Origin: Paracoccaceae bacterium
Lineage (GTDB): Bacteria > Pseudomonadota > Alphaproteobacteria > Rhizobiales > Stappiaceae
NCBI GenBank assembly: GCA_002709505.1
Contig: PARB01000045.1
Span: forward strand, 21,502 to 85,501
Direction of reading: 5' to 3'
DNA length: 64,000 bases
Below, in pieces: positions 36,476 to 45,258 of the stretch; positions within the stretch are counted from its first letter, which is position 1; every line of letters begins with the position of its first letter. The notes under the pieces were generated by a model. It ran no database searches, had not been told where the DNA came from, and was given only the letters and a program-made list of their open reading frames with translations. Made by a program: the position numbers and the translations under genes.

Positions 36476-37756
36476 TTAAAGACTGTTCGGAAGGAAGAGG
36501 GCGACATCCGGCACGAGGACGAGCAGTGCCACCATCGCCAGCATCACCAGCACATAGGGAATGGTCCCGACCATCACCTCCGACAGGGTGCCGGATTTGC
36601 GCGCACCTTGAACGACATAGAGGTTCAGCCCAACCGGCGGCGTGATCAGCGCCATTTCCACCAGCACAATCATCAGGATGCCGAACCAGACCGGATCGTA
36701 TCCAAGGCCGATGACCACGGGCACGACGATGGGAATGGTCGCCACCATCAGCGACAGCGTCTCGATGAAGAACCCGAGCACGATATAGAGCAGGATCACG
36801 ACGAGGAGCGTGCCGATGGGCGGCAGGTCCAGGCCGGTAAGCATCGCCTGCAACTCCCGTCCAAGCCCTGCCGAGGCCAGTGTGAAATTGAGGAAATAGG
36901 CGCCGGTGATCACCAGCATGATCATCGCGGTGATGCCGATGGTGCCGAGCAGGCTGTCGCGCATCATGCGCATCGACACACCGCCATGCGCGGCGGCAAT
37001 GGCAAGCGCGATCGCCACACCAACGGCTGCCGATTCCGTAGGCGTCGCCCAGCCGGCGTAGATCGTGCCGATCACCACGGTGAAGAGAATGATGATCGGG
37101 ATAAGCTGCAACAGGCTGGCGAAACGCTCGCCCCAGCCAAAGCTGCGGCTTTCGCCGCCGAGCGAGGGCCTGATCTTGCACAGGATGGCGGTGATCACGA
37201 TGAAGGCCAGCGCCATCATCAGTCCCGGCAGCAGTCCGGCAAGGAAAAGCCGCGGGATCGAGGTCTGGGTCAGAAAGCCGTAGACGATCAGGTTGATCGA
37301 CGGCGGGATCAAAATGCCGAGCGTTCCGCCAGCGGCAATCGCCCCGGAGAAGAGACGCGGATCGTAGCCGAGCCGTTCCGCCTGCGGCATGGCGACGGTG
37401 GCGACCGTCGCGGCGGTTGCCACCGACGATCCCGACGTCGCCGAAAACATCGTCGCCGTGCCGATGTTGGCGTGGATCAGCCCGCCCGGGAGCCAGGAGA
37501 ACCACTTGTCGAGGGAGGCATAGGTTTTTTCCGCCACCCCGCCGCGCACCAGGATTTCTCCCAAAAGCACGAAAAAGGGAATGGCGATCAGTGTGGCGTG
37601 ATTGGAGGCAGACCAGACCACCTGCCCCAGGCCGCGCATCAGCGGAAAGGCGGAGAAGAACTGGTCGATGCCGAACCCGAGCAGGAACAGCACGATGCCG
37701 ACGGGAATGGAGAGGGACAAGAGCCCCAGCAGCGCGACCGCGACGCTCCAGATCAT
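36476..37756 (-). CDS. dctM: TRAP transporter large permease
   Basis: AIPFFVLLGE, GGTLGILIPPS, TPTES, TPPVG. Confidence 0.95.
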   Translation of the reverse strand: MIWSVAVALLGLLSLSIPVGIVLFLLGFGIDQFFSAFPLMRGLGQVVWSASNHATLIAIPFFVLLGEILVRGGVAEKTYASLDKWFSWLPGGLIHANIGTATMFSATSGSSVATAATVATVAMPQAERLGYDPRLFSGAIAAGGTLGILIPPSINLIVYGFLTQTSIPRLFLAGLLPGLMMALAFIVITAILCKIRPSLGGESRSFGWGERFASLLQLIPIIILFTVVIGTIYAGWATPTESAAVGVAIALAIAAAHGGVSMRMMRDSLLGTIGITAMIMLVITGAYFLNFTLASAGLGRELQAMLTGLDLPPIGTLLVVILLYIVLGFFIETLSLMVATIPIVVPVVIGLGYDPVWFGILMIVLVEMALITPPVGLNLYVVQGARKSGTLSEVMVGTIPYVLVMLAMVALLVLVPDVALFLPNSL

Positions 37757-38301
37757 TGCTCGGTCTCCACTTCAGATCCCGGCCCGACAAGGGCTTCCAC
37801 CTTGGAAAAGTCTCGGCGCAGCAGAAGCGCGCAGGTCAGCGCGACCAGCACGCAGGCCGAGACCGCGAACCAGACCCAGCCGGAGAACCACACGGCCTGC
37901 GGGATCCACAGGGGCGTTTCCAGCGGCGTGTTCGCCCGCGACGACCGGGTGATCGATTTTTCCAGAACCGGCCAGGCCTGGAAGGCGATGATGCTGACGG
38001 TCGCGGCCAGGACGGTGATCGCGAAAAGGTCCATCAGCGCCTTGCCGCCGGCGCGAAGCTTGTGGCGGATCAGGTCGATGCGCACATGGGCAAGCTCGGT
38101 AAGCGCATAGGAAAGGCCCCAGCTCGCCACACCGGCCATGACATAGCCGGAGATCTCGTCGGATCCGCCCAATGAGCGGGCGAACTGGCGCATGGTGATG
38201 TCGACAATGATGAACCCGGCGGTGACGAGAAGCACCGCTCCAAGGACCAGTGCGATCATCTTATTGAGACGGCGCAGGGCCGTTGCAATTGTATCGATCA
38301 T
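37753..38301 (-). CDS. dctQ: TRAP transporter small permease
   Basis: Four TM helices, HVRID motif, ATGA overlap with dctM. Confidence 0.92.
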   Translation of the reverse strand: MIDTIATALRRLNKMIALVLGAVLLVTAGFIIVDITMRQFARSLGGSDEISGYVMAGVASWGLSYALTELAHVRIDLIRHKLRAGGKALMDLFAITVLAATVSIIAFQAWPVLEKSITRSSRANTPLETPLWIPQAVWFSGWVWFAVSACVLVALTCALLLRRDFSKVEALVGPGSEVETEQ

Positions 38302-38329
38302 GTCTCGGTCTCCGCCGGGTTCCTTCTCA

Positions 38330-39379
38330 TCAGTTCAGCGGGATCGACACGCCGACAACCTGGCCGACGCTGTCGTTCCAGCGCTTGGCCCAGTCGTCGC
38401 CCGCGCGCTCCGCCCACTCGGGCAGCACCGTTTCGGTCAGGATAGCGCGGGCCTTGGCAATATCGGCCTCGCTCGGCTCAACGAGCTTCAGCGATGCCGG
38501 ATCGCCGGCGGCGCAGTCGCCTTTTCCGGTCAGGCAGGCGATGTCGCCTTCGAGCGCGCCTGCCGCCACATCCCAGGCCGGAGCCTCGAAGTTGGTGGTG
38601 ACCTGCTCCTGGATCAGGGTCTTGGTCTCATCCGACAGGCTGTTCCAACGGTCCATGTTCATCGCCGTCACGACGGCATCCCAGCCGCCCAGCGGCAGCG
38701 TCATCAGCGTGTCGGTGACTTCCCACCAGCCGGCGGAATAGCCCGAACCGGAGCCGGTCACGGCGCAATCGATCACGCCACGCTCCAGCGCGCCCGGCAC
38801 TTCCGAGAAGCCGACGTTGACGCCTTCGGCGCCCAGCGCCTCCAGGAACTTCGTCGTCATGCGGCCGGATCCGCGGATCTTCTTGCCTTCAAGATCGGCA
38901 AGCGACGACAGCTCGCCCTTGCAGAAGACGACCTGCGGCGGATAGGGCGCGATCGCGAGCAGCTTGGCGTTGAAGCGGTTCGCGAAGATCTCGTCCACCA
39001 TCGGGCGGGCGGCTTCGACCATCGCCTTGGCCTCTTCGGCGGTCGTCGCGAGCAGCGGCACATCGAGCCCTTCCAGCTCCGGCGCATCGCCCACGGCGTA
39101 GTCGGCGACCGTCATGCCGACGTCGAACACGCCATCGCCCAGCATGCGGAAGACGTCGCCGCCCTTGATGCCCATCTGGTCGTGGGTGGTCAGCTGCACG
39201 GTGATGTCACCGCCGGACGCCTCGGGAAGCGTCTCGGTCCAGAACGGCGCCTCGAACTGCTTGTGCAGCGGCAGGCCGCTCCAGCTGCCCACCACGGAAA
39301 TCTCCTCGGCCGCGACCGGCGCGAGCGCCAGCAGGGATACCGCCGATGCGGCTGCGATGCGGGTTAGGGCATGTTTCAT
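38330..39379 (-). CDS. dctP: TRAP substrate-binding protein
   Basis: Signal peptide; DLEGKKIR and EVPGALERGVID. Confidence 0.93.
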   Translation of the reverse strand: MKHALTRIAAASAVSLLALAPVAAEEISVVGSWSGLPLHKQFEAPFWTETLPEASGGDITVQLTTHDQMGIKGGDVFRMLGDGVFDVGMTVADYAVGDAPELEGLDVPLLATTAEEAKAMVEAARPMVDEIFANRFNAKLLAIAPYPPQVVFCKGELSSLADLEGKKIRGSGRMTTKFLEALGAEGVNVGFSEVPGALERGVIDCAVTGSGSGYSAGWWEVTDTLMTLPLGGWDAVVTAMNMDRWNSLSDETKTLIQEQVTTNFEAPAWDVAAGALEGDIACLTGKGDCAAGDPASLKLVEPSEADIAKARAILTETVLPEWAERAGDDWAKRWNDSVGQVVGVSIPLN

Positions 39380-39399
39380 GTCAACTCTCCTCTGGGTTT

Positions 39400-40263
39400 T
39401 CAGGTCGACGATTGGCGGGCGCCGCCGAGGGAAAATTCGGCCGCATCCGCGGATAGATCGGTGACGAGCATGTGGCCCGGCTCATGGGTAATCGCGAGGT
39501 CCGGGCGGGCCGCGCGGATCGCCATTTGCGGGGTCACGCCGCAGGCCCAGAACACCGGAACGTCACCGGGCTCAAGGGTCGGCACTTCGCCGAAGTCGGG
39601 GGACATGAGATCCGCGATGCCGATTTGGGCGGGATCGCCGATATGCACCGGCGCGCCATGGGCAAGACGATAGCGATCGGACAGAAGCACCGCCTGGATC
39701 GCGTCAGCGGCCTTGAAGGCGCGCATCGACACGACCATCGGGCCGGAAAACCGTCCGGCCGGCTCGGTCTGGATCGAGGTGATGTACATCGCCACATTTT
39801 GTTTACGCGCGATATGCGGAAGCGGAATGCCGGCCCTTAGAATGGCCGCCTCGAAGGAAAAGGAACAACCGAGCACGAAGGAGACGAGATCGTCCCTCCA
39901 GACCTCTTCGAGATCGGACACGCGGGCAAATCCCTCCTGATCGGCCTTGAAAACCCGGTAGGCGCCGATGTCGGTGCGAATGTCGAGATCGCCCCCGAGC
40001 GCGGGGATCCTCGGATCGCCCGGCTCGGAGATCCCGATCACCGGACAGGGTTTGGGGTTGCGCTGGCAGTAGCGCAGGAAATCCCCCGCAAGCGCGCTCG
40101 GCAGAATGGCGAGATTGCCTTGAAGGGCACCCTCGGCATAGCCGGATGTCGGGCTGCGAAAGTCGCCTGCGCGAATGGCGCGGCGCAGGTCTTCCGGAGA
40201 CATCCGGCGCGGGTCGAGCGCCGCCTCGAGCTGTGTCTTGGCTGTGGCCGTCACGGTCCGCAT
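39400..40263 (-). CDS. DUF1445 putative hydro-lyase (D-glutamate cyclase-like)
   Basis: CQRNPKPCP, GCSFSFE, FWACGVTPQ, THEPGHM. Confidence 0.92.
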   Translation of the reverse strand: MRTVTATAKTQLEAALDPRRMSPEDLRRAIRAGDFRSPTSGYAEGALQGNLAILPSALAGDFLRYCQRNPKPCPVIGISEPGDPRIPALGGDLDIRTDIGAYRVFKADQEGFARVSDLEEVWRDDLVSFVLGCSFSFEAAILRAGIPLPHIARKQNVAMYITSIQTEPAGRFSGPMVVSMRAFKAADAIQAVLLSDRYRLAHGAPVHIGDPAQIGIADLMSPDFGEVPTLEPGDVPVFWACGVTPQMAIRAARPDLAITHEPGHMLVTDLSADAAEFSLGGARQSST

Positions 40264-40286
40264 ACCCTCCCTTGTATGACAAGTGA

Positions 40287-40354
40287 AGGATTGCGGCCGA
40301 AATTGATCTTGTCAAGTTATCGTCTAAAGATTTTTATGATCTATTTAAACGATC
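40287..40354 (-). promoter_or_regulatory. Promoter and LysR-type box for the catabolic operon
   Basis: Minus-strand TTGACA at 40310-40315; gATC-N9-GATc (T-N11-A) at 40338-40354; ATC-N7-GAT at 40319-40331. Confidence 0.55.
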
Positions 40355-41239
40355 ACCTTGATCGCAGGCCAGAGCGATCGAGGCCACCGCCGCGCCGAGC
40401 TCGGCATTGCGCTCGGGCATATAGGCGACCATGAAGCGCAGATTTGCGAGCTTCGCGGCATCGACAACGGGCAAGGGCTTGATGCGCTTGCCGAAGGGTT
40501 CGGCCTCCGCCATGCGCTCGGGCAGGACCCCGATGCCGAAGCCGTCCGCGACCAGGTGAATGACGGTCGAGAGCGATGCGGACCCGTGCAGCTCGAGCGC
40601 TGGCAAGTCCGGCGCGGAGAGCAGAGCCTCAAGTTCGCGAAACGGCGGCGTCGCCTTGGGAAAGGTGACGATGGTATGGCCGGCCAGTTCCGCCAGCGAC
40701 ATCGGTTCGGCCGGCAGGTGCATGTCGAGGGTTCCGTACCAGCCGAGCTTCAGCGGGGCCAGGGCGACGGAGGCGGCGCCGCGCGGAACGCTCTCGCGCA
40801 GCAGGATGGCGACATCCAGTTCATCGTCGGCAAGAGCCGCGCTCAATTGCCCGGACGTGTCCACCGACAGCTCGAAACGCACCTTCGGATGCGCGTGCTT
40901 CAGCTGCGCGAGAAGATCCGACAGCAGCGTGTGAACGATGGTTTCCGCGACACCGATGCGAACGGTGCCGCTCAACCCGCCGGGCCGCGTGACCTCCTGC
41001 ACCAGCCGATCGCGCGCCGCGACAAGCCGATGCGCTTCCTCCAGAAAGCGCCGCCCGACGGGGGTCAGGCGAACCTGCCTCCGGGCCCGGTCGAAGATCT
41101 GGATCCCGAGGCGCTTTTCCAGCGCCAGCACCCGGTTGGAGATCGCCGACTGCGACAGTCCGTACTTTTGCGCCGCAGCGCGAAACCCGCCGGCGCGCAC
41201 GATGTCCTGCAGGATCTCGATATCTTTCAGTTCAAACAC
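40334..41239 (-). CDS. LysR family regulator
   Basis: GGAGG RBS before GTG 41239; GGFRAAAQKYGLSQSAISNRVLALEKRLG HTH. Confidence 0.94.
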   Translation of the reverse strand: MFELKDIEILQDIVRAGGFRAAAQKYGLSQSAISNRVLALEKRLGIQIFDRARRQVRLTPVGRRFLEEAHRLVAARDRLVQEVTRPGGLSGTVRIGVAETIVHTLLSDLLAQLKHAHPKVRFELSVDTSGQLSAALADDELDVAILLRESVPRGAASVALAPLKLGWYGTLDMHLPAEPMSLAELAGHTIVTFPKATPPFRELEALLSAPDLPALELHGSASLSTVIHLVADGFGIGVLPERMAEAEPFGKRIKPLPVVDAAKLANLRFMVAYMPERNAELGAAVASIALACDQGDRLNRS

Positions 41240-41542
41240 CAACCGCCTCCTCGCACGCACCGGTCCCCGCCACGGCGCAAGCACCTTAGCCAATTGCTGC
41301 GCCCTGTCACGCAGACAGCAAGCATTCGATCCAGAAGGCTTTAATCTGCCAGACGGTGGACATCGCGGATTTTCAAGACTTGATTGTCTTGAGCGGGATC
41401 GTTTTATTTTCAAGGCTCCCGCCCGGTGCCATCGCCTCTCCGGCGACATCACGCATCGCCCTCATGATCCGCAGCCGATCGCCAGATTGTCGAATGCCGG
41501 CTTCCCCACCCGCATCGCCTGAAAACCGAAACGAACCGCTCC

Positions 41543-42154
41543 ATGCCCTTCGACCAGCTCTTTGCCTTCGCCACTTTCGCCTATGTGGCCTCGGCAACCC
41601 CCGGCCCGAACAACATCCTCTTGACCGCTGTCGGCGGCGCCGGCGGTATTCGCGGCGGGCTTCCGGTCTTGTTCGGCATCGTCTTCGGATTTTCCGCGAT
41701 GGTCTTCCTGCTGGCCTTCGGCCTCGGGCGCACGGTCTTCACCATGGACGCCGTGCTCGACACCATCCGATACGGCGGCCTCGCGGTGCTCGCCTGGCTT
41801 GCCTGGAAGATCGCCACCGCGCCCGTCGCCCAGGCCGACGAACCCGTGCCGGACCTCGGCAGGCGCGGCAGTTTCCTCGGCGCGGCGCTGTTTCAATGGG
41901 TCAACCCGAAGGCCTGGATCGTGGCGGCGGGCGCGATCACCTCGTTCCTGCAGCCCGACCTGCCGGTGCTCGCCCAGGCCACGACGCTCGCTGCCGTCTT
42001 CATCCTGGCCGGCGCCTTCGGCTGCCTGCCGTGGCTCGCTTTCGGCGCGGTGGTCAAGCGCTTCCTGCGCGATCCGCTGCATGCCCGCCTCTTCAATGTG
42101 GCGATGGCGTTGCTGCTCGTGATCTCGATGCTGCTGGTGATCTTCGGCGGCTGA
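41543..42154 (+). CDS. LysE family exporter
   Basis: TPGPNN and FQWVNPKAW motifs. Confidence 0.92.
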   Translation: MPFDQLFAFATFAYVASATPGPNNILLTAVGGAGGIRGGLPVLFGIVFGFSAMVFLLAFGLGRTVFTMDAVLDTIRYGGLAVLAWLAWKIATAPVAQADEPVPDLGRRGSFLGAALFQWVNPKAWIVAAGAITSFLQPDLPVLAQATTLAAVFILAGAFGCLPWLAFGAVVKRFLRDPLHARLFNVAMALLLVISMLLVIFGG

Positions 42155-42195
42155 CGCGGGCATCGCGCCAGCCGCCCTTTTGTCACTCAAAGGGA

Positions 42196-44193
42196 TCAGA
42201 CGAGGCCCTTGCGCATGACCTCGCCGAGACGGCGCGCAAAGGCGGCCGTATCGCTCGGGGCGTCGCCGTCCAGGATCCGCGCCTGATCGAAGAGCAGCCA
42301 CGCCATGTCGGCGAGTTCCGCCTTGTCGCCATCGCCGCTCAAACGTCTGGACAGCCCCTCCACAAGGGCGTGGGACGGGTTGAACTCAAGAACCGGCGCA
42401 AAGGCCCCGGACGCCGCCCCGGTCTGCCGGGCCATCAGCTTTTCCAGCTGCCGGTCGGGACCATGCTCGGGTGCGACCAGACACACGGGGCTCTCCGAAA
42501 GCCGGGAAGACGAGCGCACGTCGGACACGCTCTCTCCGAGCGTTTCCTTCAGGAACGCTGTGACCAGCCCGATATCGGCCTTCTCGCCGGCATCAGAATC
42601 CTTGGCCTTGTCCTCCGTGTCCGCGTCGCCTTCGACGGGGATGGCATCGAGCGCCGCCGCGCCCTGGGTGACCGACTGGAACGGCTTGCCCTCGAAGCCC
42701 TGGGCCATCTGCACCCAGAAGGCATCGACCGGATCGGCGAGATAGAGCACCTCGACGCCGCGCGCGCGAAACCCTTCCAGATGCGGGCTGGAAGCAATCG
42801 CCTCGACGCTCGAACCGGTCGCATAGAAGATCTGCGTCTGGTTTTCCTTCATGTCGGCGACATAGTCGGCAAGCGTGCGCCAGCCTTCGCCCTTGTTCTT
42901 GCTGGAGCGGAAGCGGGCCAGCGCCAGCAGTTTGTCCTTGCGCTCGAAGTCCTCGTAGATGCCTTCCTTCAGCACCGGGCCAAAGTTTTCCCAGATCTTG
43001 AGGAAGGTCTCGGGGTCGTTCTCCGACAGCTTCTGCAGCTCGCTCAGGATGCGGTTGGTCACGCCCTTGCGGATCGATTCCAGCACCGGATTGTGCTGCA
43101 GCATCTCTCGCGACAGGTTGAGCGGCAGATCGGCGCTGTCGATCACCCCGCGCGCAAACCTGAGCCAGGCCGGCAGCAGATCGACATCGTCTGCAATGAA
43201 CCCCCGCCGCACGTAGAGCTTCACCCGCCCCTTGCGGTCGGGGTCGAACAGGTCGAAGGGCTTCATCGACGGCAGGAAGATTAGCACGGAATACTCGTGC
43301 CGGCCTTCCGCGCGATAATGCAGCGTCAGCGCCGGATCGTCGTACTGGCCGGATACATGGCCGTAGAATTCCTTGTATTCCTCCGCCGAGACATCGGACT
43401 TCGACTTCGTCCAGAGCGCCGTGCCGTCGGCAAGCTGACGTTCGGCCGGAGCCTTTGCCAGTTGCGCGTTTTCCTCGTCTTCCGTCGCCGCCTCCGGCGC
43501 GGCGTCCTCCGCCGCCTTGGCCTCAAGGTCGACGAGCAGGATCGGCACGGGGACATGGGCGGAATAGGCCCGCACGACCCGCTCGACATTCCCCGCCTTC
43601 GCATAGGACAGCGCATCGTCCTTCAAGTGCAGCACCACGCGCGAGCCGCGCGCAGGCGCATCGGCAAGATCCACCGGCTCGACGGTGAACTCGCCCATGC
43701 CATCGGAGCTCCAGCGCCAGGCCTCGTCGCTGCCGGCCGCCCGGCTGACGACCTCCACCTGATCCGCCACCATGAAGGCGGAATAGAAACCGACGCCGAA
43801 CTGCCCGATCAGCGCGGAGCCGTCCTTGGCCTCGCCGAGCTTGTCCATGAAGGCGCGGGTGCCGGAGCGGGCGATGGTGCCGAGATTTCCGATCATCTCC
43901 TCCTGCGTCATGCCGATGCCGTTGTCGGCAACGACAAGACGCTTGGCCGCCTCATCAACCTCGAGGCGGATGGCGAACTCCGGATCGTCCCTGATCAGGT
44001 CGGGCGCGGTCAACGCGCTGTGGCGCAGCCGCTCGCAGGCGTCCGCCGCGTTGGAAATCAGCTCCCGCAGGAAGATGTCCTTGTTGGAATAGACGGAATG
44101 CACCATCAGGTGCAGAAGACGGGCCACCTCGGCCTGGAAGGCATGCGCCTTGGGGGCGGCATCGTCCGTCTTGGTCTTGGTTTCGGTCGTCAT
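42196..44193 (-). CDS. htpG: Chaperone HtpG (Hsp90)
   Basis: FQAEVARLLHLMVHSVYSNKDIFLRELISNAADA, IGQFGVGFYS, LPLNLSRE. Confidence 0.97.
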   Translation of the reverse strand: MTTETKTKTDDAAPKAHAFQAEVARLLHLMVHSVYSNKDIFLRELISNAADACERLRHSALTAPDLIRDDPEFAIRLEVDEAAKRLVVADNGIGMTQEEMIGNLGTIARSGTRAFMDKLGEAKDGSALIGQFGVGFYSAFMVADQVEVVSRAAGSDEAWRWSSDGMGEFTVEPVDLADAPARGSRVVLHLKDDALSYAKAGNVERVVRAYSAHVPVPILLVDLEAKAAEDAAPEAATEDEENAQLAKAPAERQLADGTALWTKSKSDVSAEEYKEFYGHVSGQYDDPALTLHYRAEGRHEYSVLIFLPSMKPFDLFDPDRKGRVKLYVRRGFIADDVDLLPAWLRFARGVIDSADLPLNLSREMLQHNPVLESIRKGVTNRILSELQKLSENDPETFLKIWENFGPVLKEGIYEDFERKDKLLALARFRSSKNKGEGWRTLADYVADMKENQTQIFYATGSSVEAIASSPHLEGFRARGVEVLYLADPVDAFWVQMAQGFEGKPFQSVTQGAAALDAIPVEGDADTEDKAKDSDAGEKADIGLVTAFLKETLGESVSDVRSSSRLSESPVCLVAPEHGPDRQLEKLMARQTGAASGAFAPVLEFNPSHALVEGLSRRLSGDGDKAELADMAWLLFDQARILDGDAPSDTAAFARRLGEVMRKGLV

Positions 44194-44308
44194 CGGGCTC
44201 GCGGCTCCTGTTGGATACGTCTGGATCGATCTGGGGGAGCGGCACGCGGGCCGCTCCGGCGGCTCAGATATCGGTGAAGCGACGGGCCGTTTCAAGCACC
44301 GCGAATAC

Positions 44309-45076
44309 TCACCACACGCCTTCTTCCTGCGCCACACGCTTGAGTACCGACGGCCGGTCGGTGACGATGCCGTTGACGCCGAGCCGGATGAGCCGGCGCA
44401 TCTCCGCCTCCTCGTCGATGGTCCATACGTGAACCGCGATGCCGTGGCGATTGCAGTGGCGCAGAAAGCCCCCGGTCGCCAGCGGCACGCCGTATTGCGA
44501 CAGCGGGATCTGCGCGCAGGCGACATCGGGAACGCCGACCGGCGCGCGCCAGGACCCGAACCGAAGCACGGCGACGCTGCGCGGGCCGGAACTCAGGCAG
44601 ACCCGCTCGCCGAAGCGGGCCCGCGCGGCGCGCAACCGGCTATCCGAAAAGGATGCAACACACACCCGGTCGAGACAGTTCATCCGCTCCAGCAGGTCCA
44701 GCGTCGGCGCGAGCGCGTGATCGGTCTTGATATCGATGTTGAAGCGCATCTCGGGCTGTTCTTCCAGAGCTTCCGCCAGGGTCAGCAGCGGCTCGCCGCC
44801 CGCAATCCGCACGCCTTGAAGATCCTGCATGTGCTGCGCGGAGACCACGCCGCGCCCGTCGGTGGTGCGCTCCAGCCGGTCGTCGTGGAAGACGACGACC
44901 GTTCCGTCGGAACTCGCCTGCACGTCGATTTCGATGAACCGGTAGCCCATCGCCGCCACGGCGCCAAAGGCGGCACGGCTGTTTTCCGGCTGCTCCAGCC
45001 CGCCGCCGCGATGGGCAAGGGCGGCAAACCGCTGATCGGCCAGATAGGGGTGGACGGGGGAAAAACCGTCGGCCAT
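44309..45076 (-). CDS. Glycerophosphodiester phosphodiesterase
   Basis: AHRGG..PENS, IEIDV, FHD, NIDIK, GIVTDRP. Confidence 0.93.
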   Translation of the reverse strand: MADGFSPVHPYLADQRFAALAHRGGGLEQPENSRAAFGAVAAMGYRFIEIDVQASSDGTVVVFHDDRLERTTDGRGVVSAQHMQDLQGVRIAGGEPLLTLAEALEEQPEMRFNIDIKTDHALAPTLDLLERMNCLDRVCVASFSDSRLRAARARFGERVCLSSGPRSVAVLRFGSWRAPVGVPDVACAQIPLSQYGVPLATGGFLRHCNRHGIAVHVWTIDEEAEMRRLIRLGVNGIVTDRPSVLKRVAQEEGVW

Positions 45077-45258
45077 GAAACACTGATCCTGCTGGCGCCC
45101 GGCACCCGGGCCATCCCCCAAGTCCTAGGACCGGGTCGCGGAATGTGCAATCGGGAGCGGAAAGATTGACGCCAATGTCCCGATCGGCTGCAATCGGCAA
45201 GAGTGCGGCCCTTGCGTGAAGGAGGCCGATGACAATGAGCGGCAAGGGAGCTGACGTC

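Noticed and set aside
44194-44526. N-terminal extension of HtpG
   Set aside because: Overlaps the GDPD gene; HtpG similarity starts at ATG 44193.
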